In this document: one piece after another, positions 39,387 to 52,526 of the stretch
Numbering within the stretch: position 1 is the first letter of the stretch
How the letters are laid out: every line of letters begins with the position of its first letter
NCBI GenBank assembly: GCA_951406725.2
Contig: OX597816.1
Coordinates: 53,382,001 to 53,446,000 of the forward strand
Reading direction: 5' to 3'
Source: Octopus vulgaris
Taxonomy: Eukaryota
Length of the DNA stretch: 64,000 bases
Notes under the pieces: model-generated
Seen by the model: only the letters and a program-made list of their open reading frames with translations
Told to the model about the DNA's origin: nothing
Databases searched by the model: none
Program-made: the position numbers and the translations under genes

Positions 39387-39404
39387 AATCAATGTTGAAG
39401 TCAA
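39387..39404 (-). CDS. Candidate 18-nt microexon (xDFNIDx)
   Basis: Acceptor gtcttatttctag, donor tt|gtaaga, frame-preserving length. Confidence 0.2.
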
Positions 39405-40251
39405 CTAGAAATAAGACATTGCAGATTTTTCTAGGTACCTTATTTGTTATATTTACATCTATCAAAACAGCTTGTTATTCACTGAAAGGTGAAGGTCACA
39501 TACAGATTATTCTTCAGGAGTGTATTTTCTGTTTACTTCTAATATATAAGATATAATCAAAAATATTTCAAATGTAATCCATCAAGCTTAGGTTTTACTA
39601 AAATTTTTGAAAGCAAATGTCTGCCTGACAGCATGTGATACTAATTAAAATGATATACAAAACTTACTTGCTTTTATCTCTTACCATAAATTTAATATTT
39701 TTCAATAACACTTAAATATTACAGACAGTAATCATCAGTAATCTCTATTTACATATCACATTGTTTTCCACATTGTTTTTTTTTTCCGATCAAATAAAAT
39801 GGAATAATTTTAAGTATTGCAACAGAATGATATTTTTTTCTTTTTACAATTTGCTGTTTTTGTGAATTTCATTCTCCGAGAAGATCAAATAAAAACCATT
39901 AACATGATATATTTTAGACTGTCAGAAGCATTCTCAACATCCCATACAGAATGATTTACTAAGACTTAGATTTTTTTAACCTAATTATTATTCAAATTGG
40001 TCATCGTGTAAATTAATATATATCACAGATACAAGAAATGTTTTAGACATGATAATACATTTTACACATTTAGGTGTAAGTGTGGCTTACCATCCATGTG
40101 ATCATAGGTTCAGCCCCAGTCTGTGTACCTTTGACCAAGTGTCTTCCACTATAGACCTTGGCCAACCATATATATGTATGTGTGCATGTGTATGTGTGTG
40201 TGTATGTCTGTAAATATATGTGCTTTTGTGTGTAGCTTTGTTTGGGCAGTG

Positions 40252-40572
40252 AAGGCATGTGGCTTACTAGTTAGGGTACTCAGCTCATGATCACAAGGTT
40301 GTGAGTTCAATTCCCAGCGACACATTGTGTCCTTGAGCAAGACACTTTATTTCACATTGCTTGAGTCCACTCAGCTGACAAAAAAGAGAAGTACCTGTAG
40401 TTCAATGGGCCAGCCTTGTCACATCCTGTGTCACACTGAATCTCCTTGAGAACTACGTTAAGGGTAAACATGTCTGTGGAGTGTTCATCCACTTGCACAT
40501 TAATTTCATGTGCAGGCTGTTCCATTGATTGGATCAACTGGGACCCTCATCAGTGAAACCAACAGAATGCCA
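40252..40572 (+). mobile_element. SINE family E
   Basis: tRNA-like head with gagttcaattcc; body homologous to 28752-29630 and 6415-6555 (minus). Confidence 0.75.
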
Positions 40573-41232
40573 GTGTCTTGGCATCATGTGATGATTGTAA
40601 ACAAGCATCACTGTTATACAAGCATTCTTTTCCATTTTCTATGAAATGCATGTCTGGCCATGAGGAAATACTATTTTGCTTCAAAACAGGTGAGGGTTGG
40701 GGACAGGAGGGACATCCAGTTGTAGAAAATCTGCCTCAACAAATTCTATCTGACCCATGCAAGCAACGTAAAGTGCACATCTAATGATGATGATGATGAT
40801 GATGATATGGAATTTTAGGTCCCTTTTCAAGATGGAATTTTAAACACTATTGGATAATTAATTTTCTTCAAACGAAGAAAACCTCAAGTAACTTCATATT
40901 TTAATCACATCAGAATATTGCTGCTTCTGTTGTTTAGGTCCAAGTCAGCTCTGATTAATTGGATCTTTCAACGGACCTTTCATTAAAGGCGTGTTAACTG
41001 TAAGCGTCCAGCCTTTTTGTATGTTGGAGGCTAAACTGTCCAACGTATCCTTCCACTTATGCTTTTTGAGAAATTATTTTCGAAAGTGGTTGGCGTTAAG
41101 AAGGGCTTCAAGCCAGTACTCTGACCTACTGAGGAGGACAATAATTTTGAATAAGAATTGACTTGGGACATGACAACCCATCCAATCTATACCAGCAAGG
41201 GAAGAGGATGTAAATGATAATGATGGTGATGA

Positions 41233-41283
<51 letters not shown>

Positions 41284-41397
41284 TACATATATAAATATAT
41301 ATATAATAAGGATAAGATTAATTGATTAGTAATTAATAATTTTACCAAGCAGTGTTCAGTATGTAAAGACCAATAATGGTATATTTAAAACATTACT

Positions 41398-41548
41398 TTA
41401 TATAATTAGGGTTCAGCAAAAAAATTTACTTTAACACACACCGAACTTTTAGAAATAGCAGCCAAAGAATTTTAAATTCTTTGGCTGCTATTTCTAAAAG
41501 TTCGGTGTGTGGTAAAGTAAATTTTTTTGCTGAACCCTAATTATATAA
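41398..41548. repeat. Near-perfect 151-bp palindrome at the truncated end of a PLE-like insert (41308-41548)
   Basis: 75-bp arms, one mismatch, centre 41473; flanked by (TA)n. Confidence 0.92.
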
Positions 41549-41654
41549 TATATATATATATATATATCAATCCTTAAAACCCTTAAAAATGTTTTAGCCC
41601 AAAGGCCGTGGCCATGCTGGGGCACCACCGCTGAGTGGTATATATATATACATA

Positions 41655-42070
41655 TCTTTTATCTGTTTCAATCATTAGACTGCAGCCATTCTGGGACACC
41701 AGCATGAAGAACTTTTTAGCCAAATGAATCAACCCCAGTACTTTATTTTGTTTTATTTTCTTAAGCCTGGTACTTACTCTATCAATCTGTTTTTGCTGAA
41801 CCACTAAGTTTCAGAAACATAAACACACTGCACCAGTTGTTAAGTGGTAATGGGACATAAACACAAACACACACACACATACACAGGTATATACGTATAT
41901 ATATATATGACAGACTTCTTTCAGTTTCCATCAACCAAATCCATTCACAAGGCTTTGGTCAGCCCAAGGCTATAGAAGAAGACACTTGCCCAAGATGCCA
42001 TGCAGTAGGACTGAACCTGAAACCATGTGGTTGGAAAGCAAGCTTCTTACCACACAGCAATACCTGTACC
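41655..42070 (-). mobile_element. SINE family A (older copy)
   Basis: Homologous to 10360-10764. Confidence 0.8.
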
Positions 42071-42691
42071 TATACAGACACATACACACACACACTCACA
42101 TACACATTATGTGTTTCCACACAGTTTCTTTCTAGAATATTTTGCTTACAAGGTATTGGTCAATATGTGGCTATGATAGTGGACACTTGCACCAGAGTGA
42201 TACTAACCCCAGAACCATGCTTGCAAAGTTAACATCTGAATCACAGAGATATGCCTGCACTCACAATGCAGTAGAAAATTTTTTAGTTAATTTTCAAACT
42301 AAGACAGCGCAGTATCTTCCTCTTTATCATCATCAAAATCATTTTTTTATCTGATTTCCCATGCTAGCAAGCATTACACAAGACTTTTTGAGCCAGTGTT
42401 TTATAACCATATACCTTTCTTGAAGCCAACATAAATACAGTTTTCTAATAAATGTTATAGATTTCTCCATCCAATAAAAAATTCAAAAAATAAAATGTTT
42501 ATATCTCTCATCAGACGCATTTCTAAATTTTGCTTAAAATTTAATAATGATTGATTGTGCTGCTCTGTGCATAACAGTACTGAAGGCTTATAAAAGTAGA
42601 AATTTTATAAAATTATAAAGGTGTGTCTTTTCATTTTTTCTTGTATGCATCTGTCATTAGTTGACAGGAGAATATTTTTTTGTGGCTATGA

Positions 42692-42721
<30 letters not shown>

Positions 42722-42724
<3 letters not shown>

Positions 42725-43121
42725 GCTTTTGATAGTCTATCACATAGCTGGATTAAGAAATGTCTGGAAATGTATGAAATAGCACCTACTCTTGTCTGTA
42801 AGTATGAGATCATGGAGAACCATACTGACTTTGAACAGTGACAATGAATCTCTCAATGCTGGAGATGTAAGAATTTCGTGTGGCATTTTCCAAGGTGACC
42901 CTCTATCACTACTCCTCTTTTGTCTAACCTTATTACCTCTCTCAAAATTTCTTGATGATGTGCAATATGGCTATAAAATGTTTGATAAAATTATAAATCA
43001 TCTCTTTTACATGGATGCTTTAAAGCTCTTTGCAAAAAATGACCAACAACTACAGAGCTTACTAGCAATTGTTAAACAATTCACTGATAACATCGGGATG
43101 CAATTTGGCCTCAATAAATGT
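42722..43121 (+). pseudogene. R4/Dong-clade LINE reverse transcriptase fragment next to (TAA)n
   Basis: KAFDSLSHSWI...GIFQGDPLSLLLFCL...INHLFYMDALKLFAKN...IGMQFGLNKC; begins directly after (TAA)n at 42691-42722. Confidence 0.82.
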
Positions 43122-43800
43122 ATCAGAGAAAGGTTAACAGGGAAAACAGTTTTTGTGTGTGAAAGATGCACAGGTAGAATAAACACCACAAATGTGCAGA
43201 AAATAGATTCCATCAAGCACTAGGGGTGAAAGTTAGAGTTAGTTGATAGTTTCCATTATCTAGGTGACCAAGACACTTGTGGAGGTGGATGCAAGTATAA
43301 GAATAGGTTGGGCAAAATTCAGAGAGCTCCTACCTCTGTTGGTAACAAAGGGCCCCTCCCTCAGAATGAAAGGCAGACGGTATGATACCAGTCTCTGAAC
43401 AGCTATGCTACATAGCAGTGAAACATGGGTTGTGACTGCTAAGGACATGCATAGGCATGTAAGAAATGCTGGTGTGCTTCGCTGGATATATAATGTCAGT
43501 GTGCATGTATGACAGAGTGTTAGCGTCTTGAGAGAAAAGTTGGGCATAAGAAACATCAGATGTGGTGTGCAAGAGAGACAACTGCATTGGTATAGTCATG
43601 TGATGCATATGGACGAGCACAGATGTGTAAAGAAGCACTGTTAGATGTCTAACTTTGGAGGGAACCTGTGGAAGCGGTAAACCCAGGAAGACATGGGATG
43701 AAGTGATGAAACATCTTTGAACATTAGGCCCCACAGAGGTGATGACAAGTGATCAAGACCTCTGGCAATATGCTGTGTATGAGAAAACTTCTCATGCCAA
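43122..43800 (+). pseudogene. RTE-clade LINE ORF 3' fragment
   Basis: FVCERCTG...VDSFHYLGD...RIGWAKFRELLPLL...HSSETW...LREKLGI...GKPRKTWDEV with stops and frameshifts. Confidence 0.85.
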
Positions 43801-44370
43801 GCGAAATAGTAGCTGTGGCCATGCTGGTGTCAGGTAAATGGCACCCATGCATCATAGCATGGTCATTGATGGTACCATGTAAATGAAACCCATGAATTGT
43901 AGTCGTAGTCATAGTCATTGATGGTGTCAAGTAAATGGCACCCGAGAATCGTGGTTGTTGGTGGTGCCATGTGAATGGTACCTGTGAGTTGTGGTCATTG
44001 CCAGTGCCATGGAAAACTATAGTGGCTTAGAAGTAATTTCACACTCTTGAAAACCCTGGAACTCCAGTACCAGGTCCGCACAACCAGATGCAGCTCAAAG
44101 TCATACTCAGAATGCATGTGTGTGTGTGTGAGATCACCATTATCATTGTCATTGTTTTACATCCACTTTCCACGGTGACACAGGACAGAAAGATTACCAT
44201 ATCCAAGTCAGGTACACATTCAGAGCAACCCACTCCTATGCATAGCTGTATACATATGACCATCGGCAAAGGATGTAAACAATAGCAAACAAACTGGAAT
44301 GAAACAACAGTGTTTGTTGAGTGAAATCCTTTGTGATAGTTGTTCTGCAACAAGTTACATGCACTCTCCT

Positions 44371-44601
44371 TTTCATCCTTTAGCATTTAGATTACTCTTT
44401 GAAACATAATACTTATTACATTCACATTGTTTTGTATTAATCATGAATTATCTTACAGCTTTGAGATTCTGATGACGTGATTGCTTTATTTTTAGAATGG
44501 CATTGTAGGTAAGGTGTGAGAGGCCATATCTGGCCAGTTTGAACATAAATCAGATAGAATATTTGGGCCAGATACAGCCAGTGTGAATGCTAAAGGGTTA
44601 A
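44371..44601. mobile_element. TTAA MITE (cctttagcatt...aatgctaaagggttaa)
   Basis: TIRs visible; homologues at 8069, 13299, 32677, 54073 and 57399. Confidence 0.75.
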
Positions 44602-45170
44602 TACAGTGAACCAGAGAATGATCTGTTGAAAACTTGTAATGAACAATGCTATTGTGCACCAATTTCAATATAAAATATTAATAAACACCCTGTTTAACAA
44701 TTCTACACCAAATGGCAGCCATTTTGTTGAAAAAAAAAATGAATGTCACTACTCCAGTTTTGTTACCTCTTGAGGATACAAATGCCTATAAGTCAAGCAG
44801 AAATGAGATAATTGATATTTGATGTTTATTGTTTTGCTTATGGGTGAAATGAATTACTACATTTTTTTTAATCACTTAGAATAATAATAGAGTTTTGAAT
44901 AGGGAAGCAGTATGGTTTTCCATCCATAAACCAGACGTCTCGTTAACACAATTTCCAGTCCACTTCAGAACACTGAAAACACGGTTGATATTCTCCTATT
45001 AGTCAACACACATGGTTGTTCTATTGGTTAAGATGCCTTGCTCATAATCTTAAGATTGTGGGTTCAGTTCCTTGACCAGAGGGCATGTTTGTCATTGAGT
45101 GAGGTACTTCTTTTCAAACTGCTCCAGTCTACTCAGCTGTAAATGAGAACCAACCCAAGTGCTGTTGTTG

Positions 45171-45241
<71 letters not shown>

Positions 45242-45432
45242 GTCATATCCTCATTGTTTCCCTGGGTCAAGGGTGGGAGTACCAAAAGGAGTGTCTATGT
45301 CTGCGCACAACTATATAGACACCTAAAACAATCAGCAAAATCATGGTACATGTTTGCTAAGTCATACACACATATACATATCCACACACACATATATATA
45401 TATACACACATACAAGTGCATATATACATATA

Positions 45433-45663
45433 AAGGCAGCGAGCTGGCAAAAACGTTAGCACGCCGGGCGAAATGTGTAGCTGTATTTCATCTGCTGTTA
45501 CGTTCTGAGTTCAAATTCCGCCGAGGTCGACTTTGCCTTTCATCCTTTCGGGGTCGATAAATTAAGTACTAGTTACGCACTGGGGTCGATGTAATCGACT
45601 TAATCCATTTGTCTGTCCTTGTTTGTCTTCTCTGTGTTTAGCCCCTTGTGGGTAGTAAAGAAA
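45433..45663 (+). mobile_element. SINE family B with TSD-like atatatacatat
   Basis: Near-identical to 35032-35264. Confidence 0.9.
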
Positions 45664-45674
45664 TATATATACAT

Positions 45675-46561
45675 ATGGTGATGGAAGATAGAAGATACCA
45701 AAATTTTTATCAATAATGACAATTGTTTTGATGCATCGAGCATCAATCCTTCATGGGTGGGATACTTAACAACTGGCTCAGAAGCATCCGACAGTGCTAG
45801 GTCTCTAGCGGTTCGTAACCCTGTATTCATCATCATCATCATCATCATCATTTAGCGTCCGTTTTCCATGCTAGCATGGGTTGGACGGTTCAACTGGGGT
45901 CTGGGGAGCCCGAAGGCTGCACCAGGCCAGTCAGATCTGGCAGTGTTTCTACAGCTGGATGCCCTTCCTAACGCCAACCACTCCGAGAGTGTAGTGGGTG
46001 ATTTTATGTGCCACCGACACAGGTGCCAGACGAGGCTGGCGAACGGCCACGCTCGGATGGTGTTTTTATGTGCCACCGACACAGGTGCCAGACGGAGGCT
46101 GGCAGACGGCCACGCTCGGATGGTGTTTTTATGTGCCACCGACACAGGTGCCAGATGAGGCTGGCGGACGGCCACGATCGGATTATTGTTAATTATTTTA
46201 ATGTGTCATTACTAGCATGTCTATATTTGCTGAGTAATTCCTTCCTAATCATAGATTTATATAACTCATTATTAACAATGTAAATATTACTTGTTTTGTC
46301 TGCTGTTACAAGTATCCCTGGAGCTTTCTTGAAATCAATTCATTTTCTGATTTTCTGCTGATGTATATTGTACCCTCTAGGGTATTTCCAGAACTTCACG
46401 TTCTTAACCATACTATATAACTCCTCTTCAAATCTGGTTAGGCGTTGGTTAGTCAGTGGGTTCCTCCTAGATTTGAATACTTTTCTTAGCAGGTTGCCAT
46501 TTTGAGGTTTGTCATTTGATTTAACTTTTCAGCGAAAGAAGAAAGCTTTCCACCACATTCT
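45675..46561 (-). pseudogene. Penelope-like element ORF remnant (N-terminal and RT region), interrupted by a family C retroposon
   Basis: RMWWKAFFF...FKSRRNP...LTRFEEELYSMVKNVKF...ILVTADKTSNIY...YKSMI...ARDLALSD, then a frameshifted FDIxxFYPSI-like remnant. Confidence 0.75.
45827..46182 (-). mobile_element. Young family C retroposon with three internal tandem units of about 62 bp
   Basis: ttttatgtgccaccgacacaggtgccaga x3; (CAT)n tail; CpGs largely intact. Confidence 0.88.
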
Positions 46562-47974
46562 TCATATTTATACACACACATACGCACACAAATATATATA
46601 TACATATATATACACTTACAAATATGTGTGTGTGTGTGTAAAATACACACACATACACACACACAATGGGCTTCTGCATAGTTTCTTTCTACCAAATCCA
46701 TTTACATGTCATAAGTCAGTTCAAATCTTCAACGAAAAATAGTAGCTCAAGGTGTGCAGTGGGACTGAAACTGAAACCTTATGCTTGCAAAGCAAACCAC
46801 TTAACCTCATAGCTATGCCTGCATCTATGCTTCACCTTGCATCCAGTACTTATGCATTGAACAGAACAGCCATGTCTGAACTTGTATACATTTAACAGAA
46901 CTAAAAATATTATTTTATATGCAACTATAAACTTTCCATTGAAGCATGATCGAATGAGACTTATTTTTACCTATTTGTCTAATAAAGAGTTAAAAATAAT
47001 ACAGTGGCCGTTACTAACACAAATATACTATTTAGAACATAATATATTACTTTGAATATCTATAAAGTAGATGACAAGAAAAATCACTGATGCATTATTT
47101 TGAAGTGAGAAAGAAAAGGTAAATGTTTGCTGAAGAACAATCGTATCATATTTAAAGTGAACCAGTATAAGTATTAATTCTATGTCAGTTTTAATGAAAA
47201 GATGAAATATCTAATACTTTCTGAAAGCTGCATATATGGCTTATGTTTTGCACAAGGGAGGTTGAACATGAGATAATAAAGGATACATCTTGATATCAGT
47301 AGAGATACAGTCTCCTGCCATTTGCAGTAGGTTGCAGGAACAATGGACAAATAAATAAATAAATAAATAAATAACTTGTGGTCATTGACTGTATATAAAC
47401 AAGGACTGTAAATATTGACTACCATTTTATAAATATTATAAAATGGACATTAAAACTGCTTGTTTTTATAACTTCCACCCTACCTTACCCTAATCAATGG
47501 CTACCTTCTTTTGATATTTAAAGCTGAAACTTGTTTCGAAAACCCACTGGACATTTTCACAGCATATTAAGATAATCAATAACCACTTAGCAAACTCATA
47601 GTAAATTCCAGGCTCATGCAAAATTTAAGATATGTTTTATTGATTTTGATAGAATGTTTTTATAGTATTTCAAATGGTATTTCATTTGGCCTCATCAAAA
47701 AGAGGCCAAATAATTCTGGAAACTGGAATATCTTTGACTTTTCTTTTTGTTGTTGTTGTTACTGTTGTTTATGGAATTTGAGCAAATTCCCTTGGCTCAG
47801 TCTTTTGTGCTGTTGTTATTGTTTATTGTTTATACACATGTGCATTCCCACGCACACACATACATTCGCATACATTCTAAGTGTCCCTGATCTAAAACAG
47901 ATCTACTGATCAAAGGTATCGTGACCTTTATTTTCAAGGTCAGTATGTTTAAAACTACACTATCATGCACTTAC

Positions 47975-48133
47975 TTCCTCCTGTAAGTTGAAGATGAGCT
48001 TCTTTAATCCACATCTCAGTTCACTCACCAGCCACTTTACAGGGAGTAATCCAGATGGACTTACAGTACTCCCCGCTCCGCCAACAAATGTGGAGTTGCC
48101 ACACACTCTTAAGATTTCAGTATCACTACCACT
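47975..48133 (-). CDS. Best candidate coding exon (up to 159 nt; SGSDTEILRVCGNSTFVGGAGSTVSPSGLLPVKWLVSELRCGLKKLIFNLQEE)
   Basis: GC-richer unique sequence, acceptor cactttacag, single open frame, consensus donors gtaagt/gtgagt/gtaagt after 69, 105 and 159 nt. Confidence 0.5.
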
Positions 48134-48179
48134 CTGTAAAGTGTTTGTTCACTTAGAATTATGAGTTGAGGAAGGAGCA

Positions 48180-48565
48180 AGAAAATGAAAGTAGAAACAG
48201 AAGAAAAAGAGATGAGAGAGAGATTGAAGGTTGGTTAGTAATAGAAGTGAATAAATAAAAACATGCTTGTAAATCGGGATATATTGTCTTACATTGGAAA
48301 GTGGATGGTAAAATTTTTCTCGCGTACGTGTAGTTTCGATGGCAACAGCTGATGTACTTGCGCATACAAATTCACGTTCCCACGGCTTTATCAATCGCAT
48401 TCTCACCTGGAATCGATTTTTGTAATTTTTTTAAGACTGACTTATACACACCCTGATACCGTCGTTATCTACATATCAAATTTGAGTGCAATTGGATGGA
48501 GGATGCCCAAGATCCTAGAAGACACACACACATACAGACAGACAGAACGGATTTTATATAATAGA
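48180..48565 (-). mobile_element. Non-autonomous Helitron 5' part
   Basis: Minus strand begins A|TCtattatataaaa followed by (tctg)n/(tg)n, typical of Helitron 5' ends. Confidence 0.55.
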
Positions 48566-48854
48566 TACATGTACAGTTTCTGCTACCAAATTTCACACAC
48601 AGGGTATTGGTAAACTCAAGAATATTGTAGAAGACACTTGCTCAATGTACCATGCAGTGGTATTGAACTTGAGACAACATGATTGTAAATCAAATTACTT
48701 TAACACACAACAATGTCTGCACCTGCTATATTATAAGAGATGTGGGCATTATATATATATAAGCAGCTATATTAAATGTGTGTGTGTGTGCATGTGTCTG
48801 TGCGTGCATGTGTGTGTGCATATATGCATGTTTGTGCATGTGTATAAGGAAAAC

Positions 48855-48904
<50 letters not shown>

Positions 48905-49074
48905 TAGACAGGACAGCAGAACAAAGACCATTATTCTTAGACAATCATCCACGGCTTGGTAGTGTATGTAGCATGAATCCATACCAATGGGAAGTATCAT
49001 ATTGCCAAGAGATTCCAAGCATTCATTCATTTGTCTCCGTAACATAGCTTTACTCAAATAGTGAAGGCAAAAAT

Positions 49075-49610
<536 letters not shown>

Positions 49611-51499
49611 AAGGAGGAAATCATAAGAAATTATAATACATTTTATTAAGAAATATTTTGATAAAGCTGCACTCCTTACATTTTCTCATCATACTTATGT
49701 ATGAGTAAATATTTGAAAAGAGTTTTACAAAATTTTGAAGTATTTTCCCCTTATTCACAATCTAATACAAAATGACTTTGAAGCATAAAGCTTGACTTAG
49801 ACTAATATTGAAATTTTGAAATCCTTTCCCTTTCTGTACAAACTAATATAAAATGCTTATCGTGTATGTTACTCTCAAGTTAAGCTTCATACACTGACCA
49901 GCATAATGCCTGAATATACAGTCTCTATTATGATGTATGTTGCTATAAGATTTAGAACTTCATTATATGATTTTATCAGAGTCTAAAATTCTATTTGAAA
50001 AAAGAAATAAAATTGAATAGCAAATGTTAACATTGCTGAGAACATTACAGAAGTGAGTACAGAATATTAACAGAACGCAGTTTACTGTACAACAGAACCT
50101 TTACAATGAAGCCTTAGAAACTGATGGTAAAACATTAGACAAGAGAACACAATACAGTTCTATTTGAAAAGGTCAAAGGTCAATAAGGAAAAGGATGAGA
50201 ACATTGTGTGTGGCACTTAATTTAATTTTAGCTAAGAAGAGAATGGATTTTCATTATATGTCAGAGTTCAAGTAGATTCACATGTATTTTTTTTTTTTGC
50301 CACATTTTGTTATTTTTCTTAACCCAATAGATTTGAATGGAACTTAAAAAGAACCTTCTGAATAAAAAAAATAAAGACATTGAATAAGAACGACAGAAAA
50401 TTCTGACTATCATGAACATCATTTGACACTAAACAATAAAAGATGCATTCTTCTGAACTACAAATGGAGCCTCTACAAGGTCTCGTTTGACTTGTTATAA
50501 ATAGTAGCCAAATCTCACTCAAATCACAATATAGTCTTAGATATAGCTTAGAAAGAAGGCATTATCATGGTTGGAACCTGGGACTGAACAACAACAAAGC
50601 CTGCTAGAAATAGCAACTAAATCTCTCTTGTAATCACACTATAATCTTAAAAAACACTAGAAACACATTGGACAGTGTAATGTTCAATATATAACAGATG
50701 TGATGATCATGACTGGAATACTATTGATCATTGATCCACCTGATCAGAGCTGACCTGGATCTAAAGAATATCCTGCTTCCTTCAAGCATCACATTTTAAT
50801 GTATTTTCAATAGGCACAAGCATAGCTGTGTAGGGGTGTTGGCATAACTGTGCAGTTAAAAAGTTAATTTCCAAACCACATTGTTTTTGGTTCAATCCCA
50901 CCGCATGGCACCTTGGATATGTGTATTCTACTATAGCCCTTAAGCTGACATAAGCCTTGTGAGCAGATCTGATAGGCAGACACCGAATAGAGGTTTGCTG
51001 TAGTACTTCATATTTTCCTTGTCAATTCATCTGTTTTGCCTGTCGATTATAAGCAACAGCTTTGCTAACAGTGTTATCAACTTGAAGTCCATTGCAAAAT
51101 GCATGTTCAGATTTTCTGATACATTGTACGATCTTTGTAAACAAAAGGCTCATTTATTTGTTGCTGTTTGTTTCCTGTTCTCCACATAAACATGTCTGGG
51201 TTGCTTGTTGTTCAACTGCTTGAGGGATTATTACCTTATTTGGAGACCAGTGAGAGCCAGCAACTAGGAGGGCATCTGGCCATAGAAAACTCACCAGCCT
51301 CAGAGGTACTGCAAAGAAAGGGTTATGTGTATGACCCTTTGTTTTCAACTAAGTCATAAATCAACAAACAAAAGGTTGTATCAAAGTGTGACCATCACTA
51401 CATAACAAAATATAATTCATTCCCCTCCTACTCCAATATATTTTCACACATTTTAAAAATATTTTTTTAGTTATTTTCTTTTTTTCAAATAATAATGGT

Positions 51500-51856
51500 T
51501 TCAAATTTTGCATCAACCCCAGTTCTTGACCAGGTAATTATTTTATCAACCCCAAAAGGATGAAAGACAAAGTCAACCGCAGCAAAATTTGAGCTCAGAA
51601 TATATAAAGATGGATGAAATTCTTATTTCTTTATTGCCCACAAGGAGCTAAACACAGAGGAGGCAAACAAGGGCAGACAAAAGGATTAAGTTGATTACAT
51701 CGACCCCAGTGCATAACTGGTACTTAATTTTATCGACCCCGAAAGGATGAAAAGCAAAGTCGACCTCAGCGGAATTTGAACTCAGAATGTAACAGCAGAC
51801 GAAATACCGCTAAGTAGTTTGCCCGGCATGCTAATGTTTCTGCCAGCTCGCTGCCT
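51500..51856 (-). mobile_element. SINE family B copies (nested or tandem)
   Basis: Reverse complement of the family B sequence. Confidence 0.85.
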
Positions 51857-52526
51857 TTATGGATGGAATTCTATTAAGCATTTTGTCTTGCATGTTATCA
51901 GTTCTGCCAGCTTGCAATATAATAATAGGTGTGAGGATCACAGTTATGTGGCTTGTGGTTTGGTTCTGCTGCTTGGCACCTTGAACAGACATCTTCTAAT
52001 GTAGTCTCAGGTAGACCAGTGTTTTGTGAATGCAATTTTAAAGGAGAGAATTGTACAGAATCCTAATGTATGTGTGTGTAAGTGTGTTTGTATTTATATG
52101 CGTTTGCATTGTTGAGTTGTTGATTTTGTAACTTCAAAAAAAGAAAAAAAAAATCTGATTCCATCATTTTGATTACTTTTGTTTAATCATTGTTCAAAGA
52201 TATTGTAAAGAACAAATTAATATATTCATATGATGCATTTATGGAGAAGTGTAAAAGTAAGAGCTAGAATATGAACAGGTAAATAAACAGTTAGATTGTA
52301 GAGTGAGAAAAAGTAAGAGAGAACGAGAAAGGGAGAATGACAGAAATCCTGATGGATTAATGTTAGTACAGTTAGCTAGACTTACAAAGTGAGAGGGAGA
52401 AAGTTCAGACAGAGTGAGAGAGGAGTGGGAGGAAATGGAGGAAGAAGGAAAGGAAGAAAAAATGAAACAAATAGAAAACAGCTAGAGACAGATAAAGAGG
52501 TGGATGGATAGATGGATGGATGGAGG

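Noticed and set aside
47975-48133. Apparent similarity to kinetochore protein Zwilch (TVSxSGxxPV..L, and KY..D..H.F.L at 2472)
   Set aside because: Based on a remembered sequence with gaps; the expected EIGxxKLxxDY motif was not found, so no gene symbol is assigned. BLASTp would settle it.
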